This document shows, piece by piece, positions 27,293 through 36,759 of a stretch of DNA of 64,000 nucleotides. The notes under the pieces are model-generated. The model made no database searches, was not told the DNA's origin, and worked only from the letters and a program-made list of their open reading frames with translations. A program made the position numbers and the translations under genes. Numbering within the stretch: position 1 is the stretch's first letter; each line of letters opens with the position of its first letter. This stretch comes from an uncultured Candidatus Saccharibacteria bacterium (GTDB taxonomy: Bacteria > Patescibacteriota > Andersenbacteria > UBA10190), in contig CAYHTZ010000005.1 in assembly GCA_964359735.1 (NCBI GenBank), positions 3,882 to 67,881 of the forward strand, given 5' to 3'.

Positions 27293-28486
27293 TTAGGAAA
27301 GATACTTTCTCGGGTTTACAGGATTTGGAGAGCGGACCTCAAAATGCAAATGTGCACCAGTGGACAGCCCAGCTCCTCGCCCGATTCCCCCACTATACCC
27401 AACTATTTGCCCCCGTGTCACCATTTGCCCTTCGTTAACGGCGAACCCGGAGAGGTGCCCATACACAGTGGTTACATTATCGCCATGGAGAATCATGAGG
27501 TAGCTGTAGTTGTTGTCCCCTGAGTCATGTACCCGCGCGACGTACCCGTCGGCCGCCGCTTTCACAGGAGTGCCTAGATACGTAGGAATATCAATGCCGC
27601 TGTGGGGGCCGATCAAATACGCATAGGGGTAGCCCCCACAGTGAAATTCGCAAGAAACGCCGAAGATAGGATCAACGGGCCATTCCATAGTCCCTACCGA
27701 GGGCAGGTTGCCCAGGCCTTGCTTGCGGAGTTCTTCACGAATGGCGGCGTCGATTGCTCTGATTTCCGACTCAGCTGCCTTGTGGGCTGACTGAGCTTCT
27801 TTAAGCAGTGTCTGATATTGAGCTTCTTGCGCGTTGGTCAAGTCAAGAATCCTCTGCTTTGAAGCAATTTGATTTTCTAAAGTCTGTTGTTGATGTTCTT
27901 GGCGGGCGTGCAGTTCTTCCAGTGTTTGTTTAAAGTCTTCTAAGATATGCTTTTTATCTTCCAATTGCTTGCGTAGCTCCAAAATAGCGAACAGTGTTTG
28001 CTGTCCCCTACTCTGCAACTCTTCAATTGTAGCAGCCTCGCTGACAGCTTCTGAGAACGTTTGATATTTTAAAAACACCGTCACTCCTGATTGCTGATCC
28101 AAGTTATGCATCGCGCGGATGTATTCACCTAAGAGCCGCTTTTGTGCGGCTATCTGCTCTTCCTTATCCTCAATTTCTCTTTCTACTGAACCAATCTCTG
28201 ATTTGGTAGCGTCGATCTCCTGAATCGTCCGAGTAATCTCGAGTTCTAAGATATCTGCATTTCTATCGAGAACCCCGATTTGATCCTCCAAGGTCCGCGC
28301 CTCGCTCTTTTCCGTCTGAATCTTATCCTGCAGTTCCTTAATTCTTGCGTTGGTATCTTTCAGTCTCTCCTTTTTTGCTTGCAACTCTGCTCTGAGCTCC
28401 TCCACAGATTTTTCCTGCGCCGAAGCTACCGGCGCAAAAACCATGCTCAACACCAAAAAAACGCTTAGAAGGAATATCCAGCGCAT
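27293..28486 (-). CDS. Coiled-coil M23 peptidase (EnvC/CwlO-like murein hydrolase)
   Basis: Signal peptide, long coiled coil, HSGID, YGHLS and STGAHLHFEV. Confidence 0.9.
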   Translation of the reverse strand: MRWIFLLSVFLVLSMVFAPVASAQEKSVEELRAELQAKKERLKDTNARIKELQDKIQTEKSEARTLEDQIGVLDRNADILELEITRTIQEIDATKSEIGSVEREIEDKEEQIAAQKRLLGEYIRAMHNLDQQSGVTVFLKYQTFSEAVSEAATIEELQSRGQQTLFAILELRKQLEDKKHILEDFKQTLEELHARQEHQQQTLENQIASKQRILDLTNAQEAQYQTLLKEAQSAHKAAESEIRAIDAAIREELRKQGLGNLPSVGTMEWPVDPIFGVSCEFHCGGYPYAYLIGPHSGIDIPTYLGTPVKAAADGYVARVHDSGDNNYSYLMILHGDNVTTVYGHLSGFAVNEGQMVTRGQIVGYSGGIGRGAGLSTGAHLHFEVRSPNPVNPRKYLS

Positions 28487-28548
28487 CTCGAATATTATCG
28501 CACCTTCTCCCCTATATTGACAACCTCTGCAAAAGTCCGTGATTCAAA

Positions 28549-28638
28549 TCAAAAAATTCCCATCAACGAAGCCCCAACCATACCGATAACCACCATCGCC
28601 GTCAGGATGATGTACACAATCCGCACCCACTTTTTCAT
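28549..28638 (-). CDS. 29-aa single-TM mini-protein (MKKWVRIVYIILTAMVVIGMVGASLMGIF), DUF4044/Prli42-like
   Basis: ATG 1 nt after the gltX stop; basic N-terminus plus one TM. Confidence 0.6.
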   Translation of the reverse strand: MKKWVRIVYIILTAMVVIGMVGASLMGIF

Positions 28639-28639
28639 T

Positions 28640-29968
28640 CTAGCCATGAAGTTTTTCTAGTGCCTTATTGATTCTAAGTACAGTTTCATTCTGGCCCAAA
28701 ACCGCACTGACTTCAAATGGCCCAGGGGAATTTTCTTTGCCTGTTAAGGCTACTCGCATAGGCCAGAGCGTGTCTCCCCTACCCAATTTGTGTTCATCGA
28801 TCCAAGCAATTAATGCTTTTTCTAGCTTTTCTTCTGTAAAAGCATCCGCTGGAAGATTTTCTAATTTGTCTTTGAGCTGGTTTAGCAGCTTCACGGTTGT
28901 TTCTTTGTCGCTCTTCTTCCAAATAAGAATTTCGGCCGGGTAATCTGCTAGCCAGTCGAGCAGAAAGAATTCAATTGCCTCAGCTAGCTCTTTCAGCGTC
29001 GCCACGCGCTCTTGCTCTGTTTGAAGCGCCGCAGTAAGATACTCCCTTTTTACACCTCCGGGGTGTAAAAAGGGTAACGTCCGCTCATACAACTCTTCAC
29101 TAGAGAGCTTACGTAGGTAGTGCTTGTTCATTGCCTGTAACTTTTCTATCGAAAATATTGCCCCAGGTTTTTGAATGCCATCCAAGGTGAAGGCTTGAAT
29201 CAATTCTTCGCGATTCAGGTACTCCCTATCATCTTTGGGGCTCCAGCCCAGCTGCGCCAAGTAATTCATCATGGCCTCTGGCAGGTAGCCCAGATCCCGG
29301 TACGCCAAGAGGCTTGTTTCCCCACTCCTCTTGGAAAGTTTTCTGCGCTGCTCATCCAGGAGTAAAGGCATGTGGGCGTACTGTGGGGTTGGGTACTCAA
29401 GCGCGCGCTGTATCAAGATATGGCGCGCGGTGTTGCTGAGGTGGTCTTCTCCCCGGATTACATGCGTAATACGCATCTCGGCATCATCAACTACTACTGC
29501 CAAGTGAAACACTGGGTCTCCGCTTGAGCGGGCAATGACAAAATCCCCACCCCAGACGTCGGTATGGGTCTTGACCATCCCCCGTACAAGGTCTTCGAAC
29601 ACTACTTCTTGTGGCTCGACGGATAGGTATACCGCACCCTCCTTTTTGTAGGCCTTCCCTTCTTCTAGGAGCTTAGCAATTGCGTCTTTATGATTTTGTA
29701 CCCGTTCCGTATCCCGATATGGGCCGTATTCGCCGCCGACGTCAGGCCCTTCGTCCCACGTGATTCCGAGCCACGTAAATCCTTCTAAAATATTTTGCTC
29801 GTATTCCGGTTTTGAGCGCGTCTTATCTGTATCTTCAATGCGCACGACAAATTTTCCGCCTTCATGGCGAGCAAAAAGTTCATTGAACAACGCTGCCCGT
29901 GCCGTGCCCACATGTAAGTTTCCCGTTGGGCTCGGCGCAATCCGCACTCTCAGGTCATGCTTATTCAT
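28640..29968 (-). CDS. gltX: Glutamate--tRNA ligase (compact)
   Basis: RIAPSPTG.LHVG, RIEDTD, HVIRGEDH and KLSKR. Confidence 0.96.
   Translation of the reverse strand: MNKHDLRVRIAPSPTGNLHVGTARAALFNELFARHEGGKFVVRIEDTDKTRSKPEYEQNILEGFTWLGITWDEGPDVGGEYGPYRDTERVQNHKDAIAKLLEEGKAYKKEGAVYLSVEPQEVVFEDLVRGMVKTHTDVWGGDFVIARSSGDPVFHLAVVVDDAEMRITHVIRGEDHLSNTARHILIQRALEYPTPQYAHMPLLLDEQRRKLSKRSGETSLLAYRDLGYLPEAMMNYLAQLGWSPKDDREYLNREELIQAFTLDGIQKPGAIFSIEKLQAMNKHYLRKLSSEELYERTLPFLHPGGVKREYLTAALQTEQERVATLKELAEAIEFFLLDWLADYPAEILIWKKSDKETTVKLLNQLKDKLENLPADAFTEEKLEKALIAWIDEHKLGRGDTLWPMRVALTGKENSPGPFEVSAVLGQNETVLRINKALEKLHG
29044..29074. repeat. Perfect 13-bp-stem palindrome in frame within gltX (family G)
   Basis: CCCTTTTTACACC-TCCGG-GGTGTAAAAAGGG, encoding PFLHPGGVKR. 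Confidence 0.75.
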
Positions 29969-30536
29969 ACAATAGCTTTCGCAGCGCTTCTCTTTTCTTT
30001 GAGTCAACCTGCGCCTCCAGCAGCTTTACGCGCAGCATCCAGTCGCGCAACTTGGGGTTTTGCCCAAGGGCCAAAAATTCTTCAAATGAATATGTTACTT
30101 CCCTCATTCTCTCCCCTGGCTCCGGCCGCGCTTCTCCGGCGCGCTTGAGGCTGCGCGCAATAAACCCATATGTCACCATTTCCATCTTGGTGCTCGGGCG
30201 GTAGGCAAACCACTCTCTAATCTCCCCGATCTCAAACCCTGTCTCCTCCAAGAACTCTCGCCTCAGCGCCTCCTCTGGCGTTTCTCCCTCGTCTACCTTG
30301 CCTCCCGCGGGGGTAAGGACTGCTTCCCTATCTGGCTGCTCGTCATACAGAAGCATAATCCGGCTATCTTCCAGCACCCCCACGCCAAAGGCGTAATCCG
30401 GCCGCGCAATACGCTCAAAGGTGGCATAGCTGCCGTCGTAGAGCTCCTGTTCCCATTGCCAAACGCTGAAAATTTTGCCCTGGAAAACCTTCTTCGCATC
30501 CACCGGGAGAGGCTTCTGGTAACCGTCGATTTCCAT
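29961..30536 (-). CDS. NUDIX hydrolase (ADP-ribose pyrophosphatase-like)
   Basis: Nudix box GGKVDEGETPEEALRREFLEETG. Confidence 0.92.
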   Translation of the reverse strand: MEIDGYQKPLPVDAKKVFQGKIFSVWQWEQELYDGSYATFERIARPDYAFGVGVLEDSRIMLLYDEQPDREAVLTPAGGKVDEGETPEEALRREFLEETGFEIGEIREWFAYRPSTKMEMVTYGFIARSLKRAGEARPEPGERMREVTYSFEEFLALGQNPKLRDWMLRVKLLEAQVDSKKREALRKLLYE

Positions 30537-30550
30537 AGCATTAGTGTAGC

Positions 30551-30579
30551 AAAAAGCCCCGCACTTAGCGGAGCTTTTT
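30551..30579 (-). terminator. Intrinsic terminator
   Basis: Minus strand AAAAAGCTCCGC-TAAGT-GCGGGGCTTTTT. Confidence 0.75.
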
Positions 30580-30598
30580 ACCTTCCCCTATTTTTCTT

Positions 30599-31174
30599 CT
30601 ATTCCAGCACGTACGTGTATTGAGTGAGGTTGTTGAGCTGCCGCGGGGTTAGCTCCCCGGCCGCTGCCACTGCTTCTTCAATGAGTCCAAAAGAAACCGT
30701 CTGATTTTCGCCTACTTCCAGCCGTGGCGACTCCATTTTTTTCTGGATGTAGTCTTCGATAAAGATGCGGTGCTCGTTGGTAACCGAGTATCCTGGGTTA
30801 TTCTGAGTGAGCCAGCGAGTTGCAGCACGCCGCGCTAAGTGTGTCATACCGTCCCCCGCCTCAGCTGCCTCCACATATCCCTCGGCGGTGGTGGTAACTT
30901 GCGGAAGCGCTTCGCTTTGCTCAGTGAGAACCTCTCGAGCGACAGGTTCTGGCGTAGCGGCTGTGCTTACTTCTTCCGCGCCGGCAGGCGCGGAAGCCTC
31001 CTCCGTTTGAGTTTCGGGTGTTGGGCTTTCTTCAGCCGGTCCGGCAGAGTCATTACCCGAAAAAGCGTAAATGGCTGCGGCCACTACCAAAATGATGATC
31101 AAGGCTGAAACTGTCCGCGGAGATTCTTTAAGCCGCTCCCATGCACCCGGTTGTTTTTCTGATTCGTACTCCAT
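30599..31174 (-). CDS. Membrane-anchored hypothetical protein (LysM-like GDGMTHLARRA segment)
   Basis: Strong SD AAGGAGGTGAGG before ATG 31174, N-terminal TM, acidic linker and its own terminator. Confidence 0.7.
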   Translation of the reverse strand: MEYESEKQPGAWERLKESPRTVSALIIILVVAAAIYAFSGNDSAGPAEESPTPETQTEEASAPAGAEEVSTAATPEPVAREVLTEQSEALPQVTTTAEGYVEAAEAGDGMTHLARRAATRWLTQNNPGYSVTNEHRIFIEDYIQKKMESPRLEVGENQTVSFGLIEEAVAAAGELTPRQLNNLTQYTYVLE

Positions 31175-31255
31175 GCTGCTCCTCACCTCCTTCGCAAGCC
31201 ACCTCCGGTAAGGAATTGGCACATCTCCTCACCCTATGCTGCACGTAACTGGACG

Positions 31256-32086
31256 TCAATGTGAATAAGTGTGGATTTTCTGACGCCGAATCAGCTGCGG
31301 AAACTTCACCACGGCCTGCCAGATGCGGGGAAAGCGAGAGGGCTCGAGCAAGAGACGCCATAGCCACTCTACATTCAGGTGTCTCATCCATCGGGGGGCC
31401 CGCCTCTTTTCTTCGCTCAAGATGGCGAAGGCTCCTCCCACACCCACCGCAATTCGTACTGTGGGAAGATCCTGTCTGTGGCGCTCTATCCAAAGAGTTT
31501 GTTTTGGTGCGCCGTATGCCACCAGCAGCACCGCTGGTCCGTGTCCCTGTATATCACGGATAATCTCAGGCGGCCCCGCCACATCGAACGTATGTTCAGG
31601 GGAAACGAACACATGAAGACCAGGAAATTTTTTCTGAAGACGCCGCCGTGCCCCCTCAACTTGCGCAGCTGTCCCCCCGAGTAAGTAGAGTGGGAGTCCT
31701 TCATCAGCGCACATATCGGCAAGCGCGTATACCACTTCCACGCCGGGGATGCGCTCCACGTGCCGGAAAGAGAACGCTAAAAGGCTTGGGAAAAGCGCCC
31801 AGAACTCAGAGCGAATGTACCACTGAGCCCAGATCAACCCCGCCCCATCAGGAATACGGATATCGGCGCGCTGAACTGCCTTGCAGAACTCGTCGTCGGA
31901 TTCTGCCTCCACCACCATCTCTGGGTTTAAAGTAACAATGTGTTGAAATTCGGCGCTATGAAGCCACATTTTGCATAAGGCCAGGAAAGCTGATCGAGGC
32001 AAAAAATCGCCTGTTACCTTCCCCAGCGGCAGGTGGTCAATTTCTTCAAAATGGGATGGTAGCCTCGATTGTGTAGGTTGATCCAT
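31256..32086 (-). CDS. WecB/TagA/CpsF-family glycosyltransferase
   Basis: TLNPE, PDGAG, YGAPKQ, GVGGAF, RAPRW and EWLWRLLLEP. Confidence 0.92.
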   Translation of the reverse strand: MDQPTQSRLPSHFEEIDHLPLGKVTGDFLPRSAFLALCKMWLHSAEFQHIVTLNPEMVVEAESDDEFCKAVQRADIRIPDGAGLIWAQWYIRSEFWALFPSLLAFSFRHVERIPGVEVVYALADMCADEGLPLYLLGGTAAQVEGARRRLQKKFPGLHVFVSPEHTFDVAGPPEIIRDIQGHGPAVLLVAYGAPKQTLWIERHRQDLPTVRIAVGVGGAFAILSEEKRRAPRWMRHLNVEWLWRLLLEPSRFPRIWQAVVKFPQLIRRQKIHTYSH

Positions 32087-32627
32087 GAGGGGCTAGCGTG
32101 CTGCGATAAAGATAAGCTTCTCGTATGGCATAGGCCGTACGGTGGGGCACATCGGCGATTCCGAGACGGCGCACCACTGGATAGAACTTTGCCAAACGGA
32201 TGTGAGGATGGAAAGAGCGAAATTCGACTGGGCGGGGAAAGTGAATTTTTCGCAACCGTTCGTTCAACGCTTCCCGAAGATTAAGCAGAGCAGGCGTCGG
32301 GTTAACATACGCCCACAGCTGGTCTCTGGCTTTACCCCGGCCGATGTGGCTAATGGTGATCGTGGGGACGAAGGCTTCTTTAAGCGGCAGCGTAAGTCTT
32401 CCCAGGTACTGCGCGTGGTTGCGTACGTCTCCGAAGAAAAATAATGTCAGGTGCCACTGTTCGGCAGGTACTATGCGTTCAATGTATTGTCCAAACGAAG
32501 ATTTTGCCGTTTCCTGCAGGCGGGTTTTTACCGGCTCCGGCACACTCACGCCCAGGAAGAGCCGTGCGACTGTGTCCGGCCGATCGAGCACCGAGACTGG
32601 TTCTCTTGACATCTCATCTGCCACCAT
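32046..32627 (-). CDS. thpR: 2H phosphoesterase (RNA 2',3'-cyclic phosphodiesterase-like)
   Basis: RLFLGV, WHLTLFFFG, FHPHIRLA and LYRSTL..GSTY. Confidence 0.8.
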   Translation of the reverse strand: MVADEMSREPVSVLDRPDTVARLFLGVSVPEPVKTRLQETAKSSFGQYIERIVPAEQWHLTLFFFGDVRNHAQYLGRLTLPLKEAFVPTITISHIGRGKARDQLWAYVNPTPALLNLREALNERLRKIHFPRPVEFRSFHPHIRLAKFYPVVRRLGIADVPHRTAYAIREAYLYRSTLAPHGSTYTIEATIPF

Positions 32628-32646
32628 TTAATGGTAAGCTTGGAAC

Positions 32647-33168
32647 ATGACAGGGGGCAAGTATGCACGCTTGAGCGAAGCTGCCGCACGGCAGTATGTT
32701 TTGCATCAGCGGATGCTTCCCCTGCCGGCCTCTCTCGCTCCTGATCTTAAGCGTCAACAGGCGTGTTACATCACCGTCTACGAAGACCCGGGCCAGCGGT
32801 TTCGCTCAATTTATGGTACACCGCTCCCCACCAGCTCCTGTCTCGCTCAAGAAATTATCAATAACACCACCCAGGCGCTCGCGCGTGAGTCGCACCGGGT
32901 CGTACGCCAGGCTGACCTCAACGACCTTCATTTCGAAGTCGCTATTTTAGGACCCTTAGAGCGTATTGGCGGCCCAGAGCATCTCGATATCCGGCGGTAC
33001 GGCGTATATGTTCGCTCAGATCGCGGAAAATCATCGGTCGTGCTTCCCCATCGCGTGGGCGTAGAGACTGCCGAAGAGCAATTTGCGACCGTATTGCGGG
33101 AATCGGGAATCAACCCTCGCCACGAGGCGCATACATTTTACCGCTTTACTGTGGCGTACCACACATGA
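32647..33168 (+). CDS. AMMECR1-domain protein (AmmeMemoRadiSam A-like), divergent
   Basis: ACYITV, LAQEIINN, FEVAILGPLE and YGVYV..VVLP. LRGCIG is replaced by FRSIYG. Confidence 0.75.
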   Translation: MTGGKYARLSEAAARQYVLHQRMLPLPASLAPDLKRQQACYITVYEDPGQRFRSIYGTPLPTSSCLAQEIINNTTQALARESHRVVRQADLNDLHFEVAILGPLERIGGPEHLDIRRYGVYVRSDRGKSSVVLPHRVGVETAEEQFATVLRESGINPRHEAHTFYRFTVAYHT

Positions 33169-34775
33169 GTCCGCGCTCCTCCCAGTATGTGGCTGTTTCC
33201 CCCGCTGTCCCTGTCCCTGCCGGCAAGAGGCAAGAGTTTACCTATCGTCTGGCCGGTAACACTGCTGCCCAAGTGGGATCAGCAGCGCTGATTCCGTTTG
33301 GCCGGCGCCGCGTGTTGGGGATCATTACTGGTTTTCTAAAGACAACTGCTGCCATGGAGCTTAAAGTGGCCTATCCCCTCTCGGGTCTGTCCTTGACTCC
33401 CAAACAAATGAAATTTGCTGATTGGATGGCCAAAACGATGCACGGGAGTTTTGGATACACCTTGCGCCTTTTTTTACCTCCGAGGGTAGCCCGCCCGCCC
33501 GCGCCGGCTGTTTTTCCTGCTCAGAAGCCCAAGCGGGCTCGCACAACGGATATTTCTGTTCTGGCCCACCCGGTAATCGTGGCCCTAGACGGAAACGCGC
33601 CGCGACGCCGCACACAGCTCAAAGAACTCATACAAAAAGTCGCCTCCCAGCCTGGCCAGGTTCTCGTTCTGGTACCCGAGAAAAGTTTTTTGCGAGAATG
33701 GCAGGAGTTTCCCCAGCTTCACGCAGCCCTGCCTGCCAAAGAGCTTTCCAGCCTCTGGCATGGCGCTGCCGCGGGCTCCCTGCAAGTGATAGTCGGCACC
33801 CAAAAAGCGCTGTTTTTGCCCTTCAAGAATTTGCGGCTCATTGTGGTAGACGAGGAGCAGTTTCCCACCCACAAGTTATGGGACCAGTATCCCCGTCTCG
33901 ATAACCGCGATGGAGCAGCTATGCTCGCCAAGCAACACCAGGCCGCGCTGCTTCTCTCGGCCAGCTTTCCCTCGTTGAGTCTTTACCAGCGCTTACAGAA
34001 TGATATCCCTACTCTGAGTGCGCATCTCCCGACGCTACGGGTATCTGCCTTTCCTTTTACGGGGGGAGATCGTGGACAAAGGAATGTACTGCCTCTCGAT
34101 TTCGTGGAAACGCTTAAAAGTTGGGTGAAAAAGAAGCATCACACAATGCTGCTCTTAAACCGCACCGGCAATGACGTCGAGACACTGCGCCACTCACTGC
34201 AGCATACCTTCGGTACAGGTATTAAGTATTTGACTATTGCCACTACCGGGATTTTTTCTGAGGATGCACTCCCCTCCTTTCAACACGTGGCGTGGCTATT
34301 TCCCGAAGACACCTTCACATATCCTGATTTCCGCAGTGTCGAGCGCGGGTTTATCCTACTCTCGCGTCTACAGCAACTCCTTCCCGAAGAACAATCTGTT
34401 GCCCTCGTCACACGCAATGTACTGCTTGCGCATGAACTCGCTTCTCTCGACTGGAAACAGCGCTATGAACTGCTCCTTGCCGAGCGTAAGTCGCTCCTGC
34501 TTCCCCCTTTCTCCGACGCTATTCTTTTAACAGTCCGCGATGCTAAAAAGAGGCGCTCCCACACCCTGGCCGGCCAGTTGCGTCAAACCCTTGAGACGCG
34601 TATCCGGGAAGCAAAGTTCAGCGGCACCCGCCTCCAAGGACCCTTCCAATCATTGTCCCCCGAGACACCAAACGAGTATCACCTATTGCTGTTAGGGAAA
34701 GCAGCACAGCTTGCGCCCCTGTACGAGGATCTTGCAATCGACCGCGTCGAGCTTTCTCCACGTCGTATTCTCTAA
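33165..34775 (+). CDS. priA: Degenerate primosomal protein N'
   Basis: FTY..VGS..IPFGRR 3'-binding domain, VLVLVPE, GTQKALFLP, VDEEQ, PDFRSVER and LPPF motifs. No Walker A or zinc knuckles. Confidence 0.8.
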   Translation: MSPRSSQYVAVSPAVPVPAGKRQEFTYRLAGNTAAQVGSAALIPFGRRRVLGIITGFLKTTAAMELKVAYPLSGLSLTPKQMKFADWMAKTMHGSFGYTLRLFLPPRVARPPAPAVFPAQKPKRARTTDISVLAHPVIVALDGNAPRRRTQLKELIQKVASQPGQVLVLVPEKSFLREWQEFPQLHAALPAKELSSLWHGAAAGSLQVIVGTQKALFLPFKNLRLIVVDEEQFPTHKLWDQYPRLDNRDGAAMLAKQHQAALLLSASFPSLSLYQRLQNDIPTLSAHLPTLRVSAFPFTGGDRGQRNVLPLDFVETLKSWVKKKHHTMLLLNRTGNDVETLRHSLQHTFGTGIKYLTIATTGIFSEDALPSFQHVAWLFPEDTFTYPDFRSVERGFILLSRLQQLLPEEQSVALVTRNVLLAHELASLDWKQRYELLLAERKSLLLPPFSDAILLTVRDAKKRRSHTLAGQLRQTLETRIREAKFSGTRLQGPFQSLSPETPNEYHLLLLGKAAQLAPLYEDLAIDRVELSPRRIL

Positions 34776-35290
34776 CTTGGCACAGGCTTTTTTTGCTGCG
34801 AAAATCCTGGCTGGATTCGAAGAGGTAGACTCGTTACCGTTTTCTCGGGGCGAAAGATCTGTAACGTATAGGTGCCGGGTTTTTCGATTCGCCAACAGCA
34901 GAATGTGGAAGTTCCTGGTTGAAACTCCACACTCGAAGGCGAAATATCGTGGATCCCACCTCCCTTGTCTAAGAGACGCACCCCAATTTGGATTGGTTCG
35001 TGAACGTCCTCAGCGGTGGTTATGCGCAGCGCTAGTGGCTCCCCGGCGATGTAGCTTGGCTGTTGCCGCAGCACCGGATTTTCACTTTGCTCTTGTTCCG
35101 GAGTGCGCAGCCCCGCCAGCGTTATCTCGGTGATAATGGCGCTATCTCCCTCGCGGACCTGCGGCGCCCGCTGGCCCCATAGCAGGGCGGTCCACACCCC
35201 CGCCAGAATTACCAGCCCGACCACGACCGCCAAGAGAAGGTAGCGCTGCTGCTTGTGTGAAGACTTAACAATCTCGGTGAGATCTACCAT
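34772..35290 (-). CDS. Hypothetical single-TM protein with an Ig-like beta domain
   Basis: N-terminal TM and PGTYTLQI motif. Confidence 0.6.
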   Translation of the reverse strand: MVDLTEIVKSSHKQQRYLLLAVVVGLVILAGVWTALLWGQRAPQVREGDSAIITEITLAGLRTPEQEQSENPVLRQQPSYIAGEPLALRITTAEDVHEPIQIGVRLLDKGGGIHDISPSSVEFQPGTSTFCCWRIEKPGTYTLQIFRPEKTVTSLPLRIQPGFSQQKKPVPS

Positions 35291-35304
35291 AGGCTCGTGT
35301 CCGA

Positions 35305-36312
35305 CTAGTCTGCTGCCATGGGTTTACGCCCGATGTACCGCTCCATAACTTGGCTGCCGGTGACAGCGGCCGCTAAGAGAAGCGCATACGTGAGGAGCAG
35401 TGTTGGAAGTGAAAACGGGAGAGAAGGAAAAGCACCCAAGATAAGAGCGCTGTACCACGAAACCATCGAAATAGCGCCCAGCGCGAACGCTATTCGCCTC
35501 TCCCGCTGCAGCTCTTCCTCAGGGCTCTTATGGGGATCGTCGCCAAAGGAAATGTGGATTAAGTGCGGCGTGATTTTCAAATTGAGGAAAGCGCCGTTTA
35601 CGATAACCACCGCTACCACTATCATTTTAGTGAGAAATTTGGCGGACTGGCTGTACGCAGCCGGGTCTGTCAGGAACAGGCCGACGCCGCTGAGCACTAA
35701 GAGCCCGAGGCCAAACCAAACTACCTGCGAAATAGTTTGTAAAATCCCGGCCTCGTCTTTGGAAATCTTTAAATCTCTAATGAACTTGAAGAAGAACACA
35801 TCGGCGAACAAGGCTCCGCCCACTCCCATGGCCAAGCCCACCAGGTGGACTATCAGAATAGGCGTCCGCCAGCCAACGAGCCACGGTGTGAAAATGAAAT
35901 CTGAAGCGGCCAGCGAAGTGAAAAATATGATGGTGGAAAGAATTGCAGACAAAAGACACCAAGTACAAATGCTGCGGAGGAACCCGATCTGAATGAATGT
36001 CAGGTACAGCGAGAACAGAAATGCAGCGGCCGAGAGGCCCACTATCAGGAAAACGTTGGTGGGGGTAGCTAAAGCTGGCCACGCGACCAGGGCGCCGTAC
36101 GCTACGGCAATGACCAGGTAGTAGACCATTCCTAATTTTTCTACGCCGATTCCAAAGAAGCTCGAAAATTCGCTACGTATCACGGCCTTACAGTCGCCTT
36201 TCAGGGGGCAGATCATAGGTTCCGGAGCCTTTTTCTTGTGACTCAAGTATGCGGCCAGCACAAACCCTCCAAAGGCCGCAAAAATAATGACTACTACTGG
36301 CAAAAGTTCCAT
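35305..36312 (-). CDS. Vitamin K epoxide reductase (VKOR) family protein fused to an extra multi-TM domain
   Basis: CPLKGDC, SEFS and ICTWC, the conserved VKOR cysteine pairs. Confidence 0.85.
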   Translation of the reverse strand: MELLPVVVIIFAAFGGFVLAAYLSHKKKAPEPMICPLKGDCKAVIRSEFSSFFGIGVEKLGMVYYLVIAVAYGALVAWPALATPTNVFLIVGLSAAAFLFSLYLTFIQIGFLRSICTWCLLSAILSTIIFFTSLAASDFIFTPWLVGWRTPILIVHLVGLAMGVGGALFADVFFFKFIRDLKISKDEAGILQTISQVVWFGLGLLVLSGVGLFLTDPAAYSQSAKFLTKMIVVAVVIVNGAFLNLKITPHLIHISFGDDPHKSPEEELQRERRIAFALGAISMVSWYSALILGAFPSLPFSLPTLLLTYALLLAAAVTGSQVMERYIGRKPMAAD

Positions 36313-36340
36313 GCTGCCAGTATACACAAAACTCCTGCTG

Positions 36341-36745
36341 TCAGCTCGCCTTCGCTCTCCGCCAAAACCAAAGCCCAATGAGCGCTAGCAAGAGTACAAC
36401 ACCCGCTCCCCACCCCAGGCGCATATCGGAAGGCAGCGGCACCGTCACCAGCCCCGCCGCCTTGTCCGCTTGCTCTGCTAAGGAGTTGTATTCTTCAATG
36501 ACCAGCTGCGCGCCTTCGTCGCACGTGCATGATTTGGCGCATTCCTCCATCGCGGAAAGCTGTTCACGCTGTACCCTCCACGTGTCGAGCTCGCGCGTTT
36601 TCTCCTGGACCTTTTCAACGTTGTCTAAAAAATCCGGCGCTGTCTGCAGGCGGCCGATTTCGTCAAACGTACTGCGCAAATATTGCTCCACCGATTCCCG
36701 CGCGAGCGTTATCGCTTGCACGGTGGCTGTCTCGCACAACTGCAT
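36341..36745 (-). CDS. Helical protein with a C-terminal TM anchor
   Basis: Ends VPLPSD-hydrophobic-RRAK. TACACT lies 6 nt before ATG. Confidence 0.6.
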   Translation of the reverse strand: MQLCETATVQAITLARESVEQYLRSTFDEIGRLQTAPDFLDNVEKVQEKTRELDTWRVQREQLSAMEECAKSCTCDEGAQLVIEEYNSLAEQADKAAGLVTVPLPSDMRLGWGAGVVLLLALIGLWFWRRAKAS

Positions 36746-36759
36746 GAAGATAGTGTACC

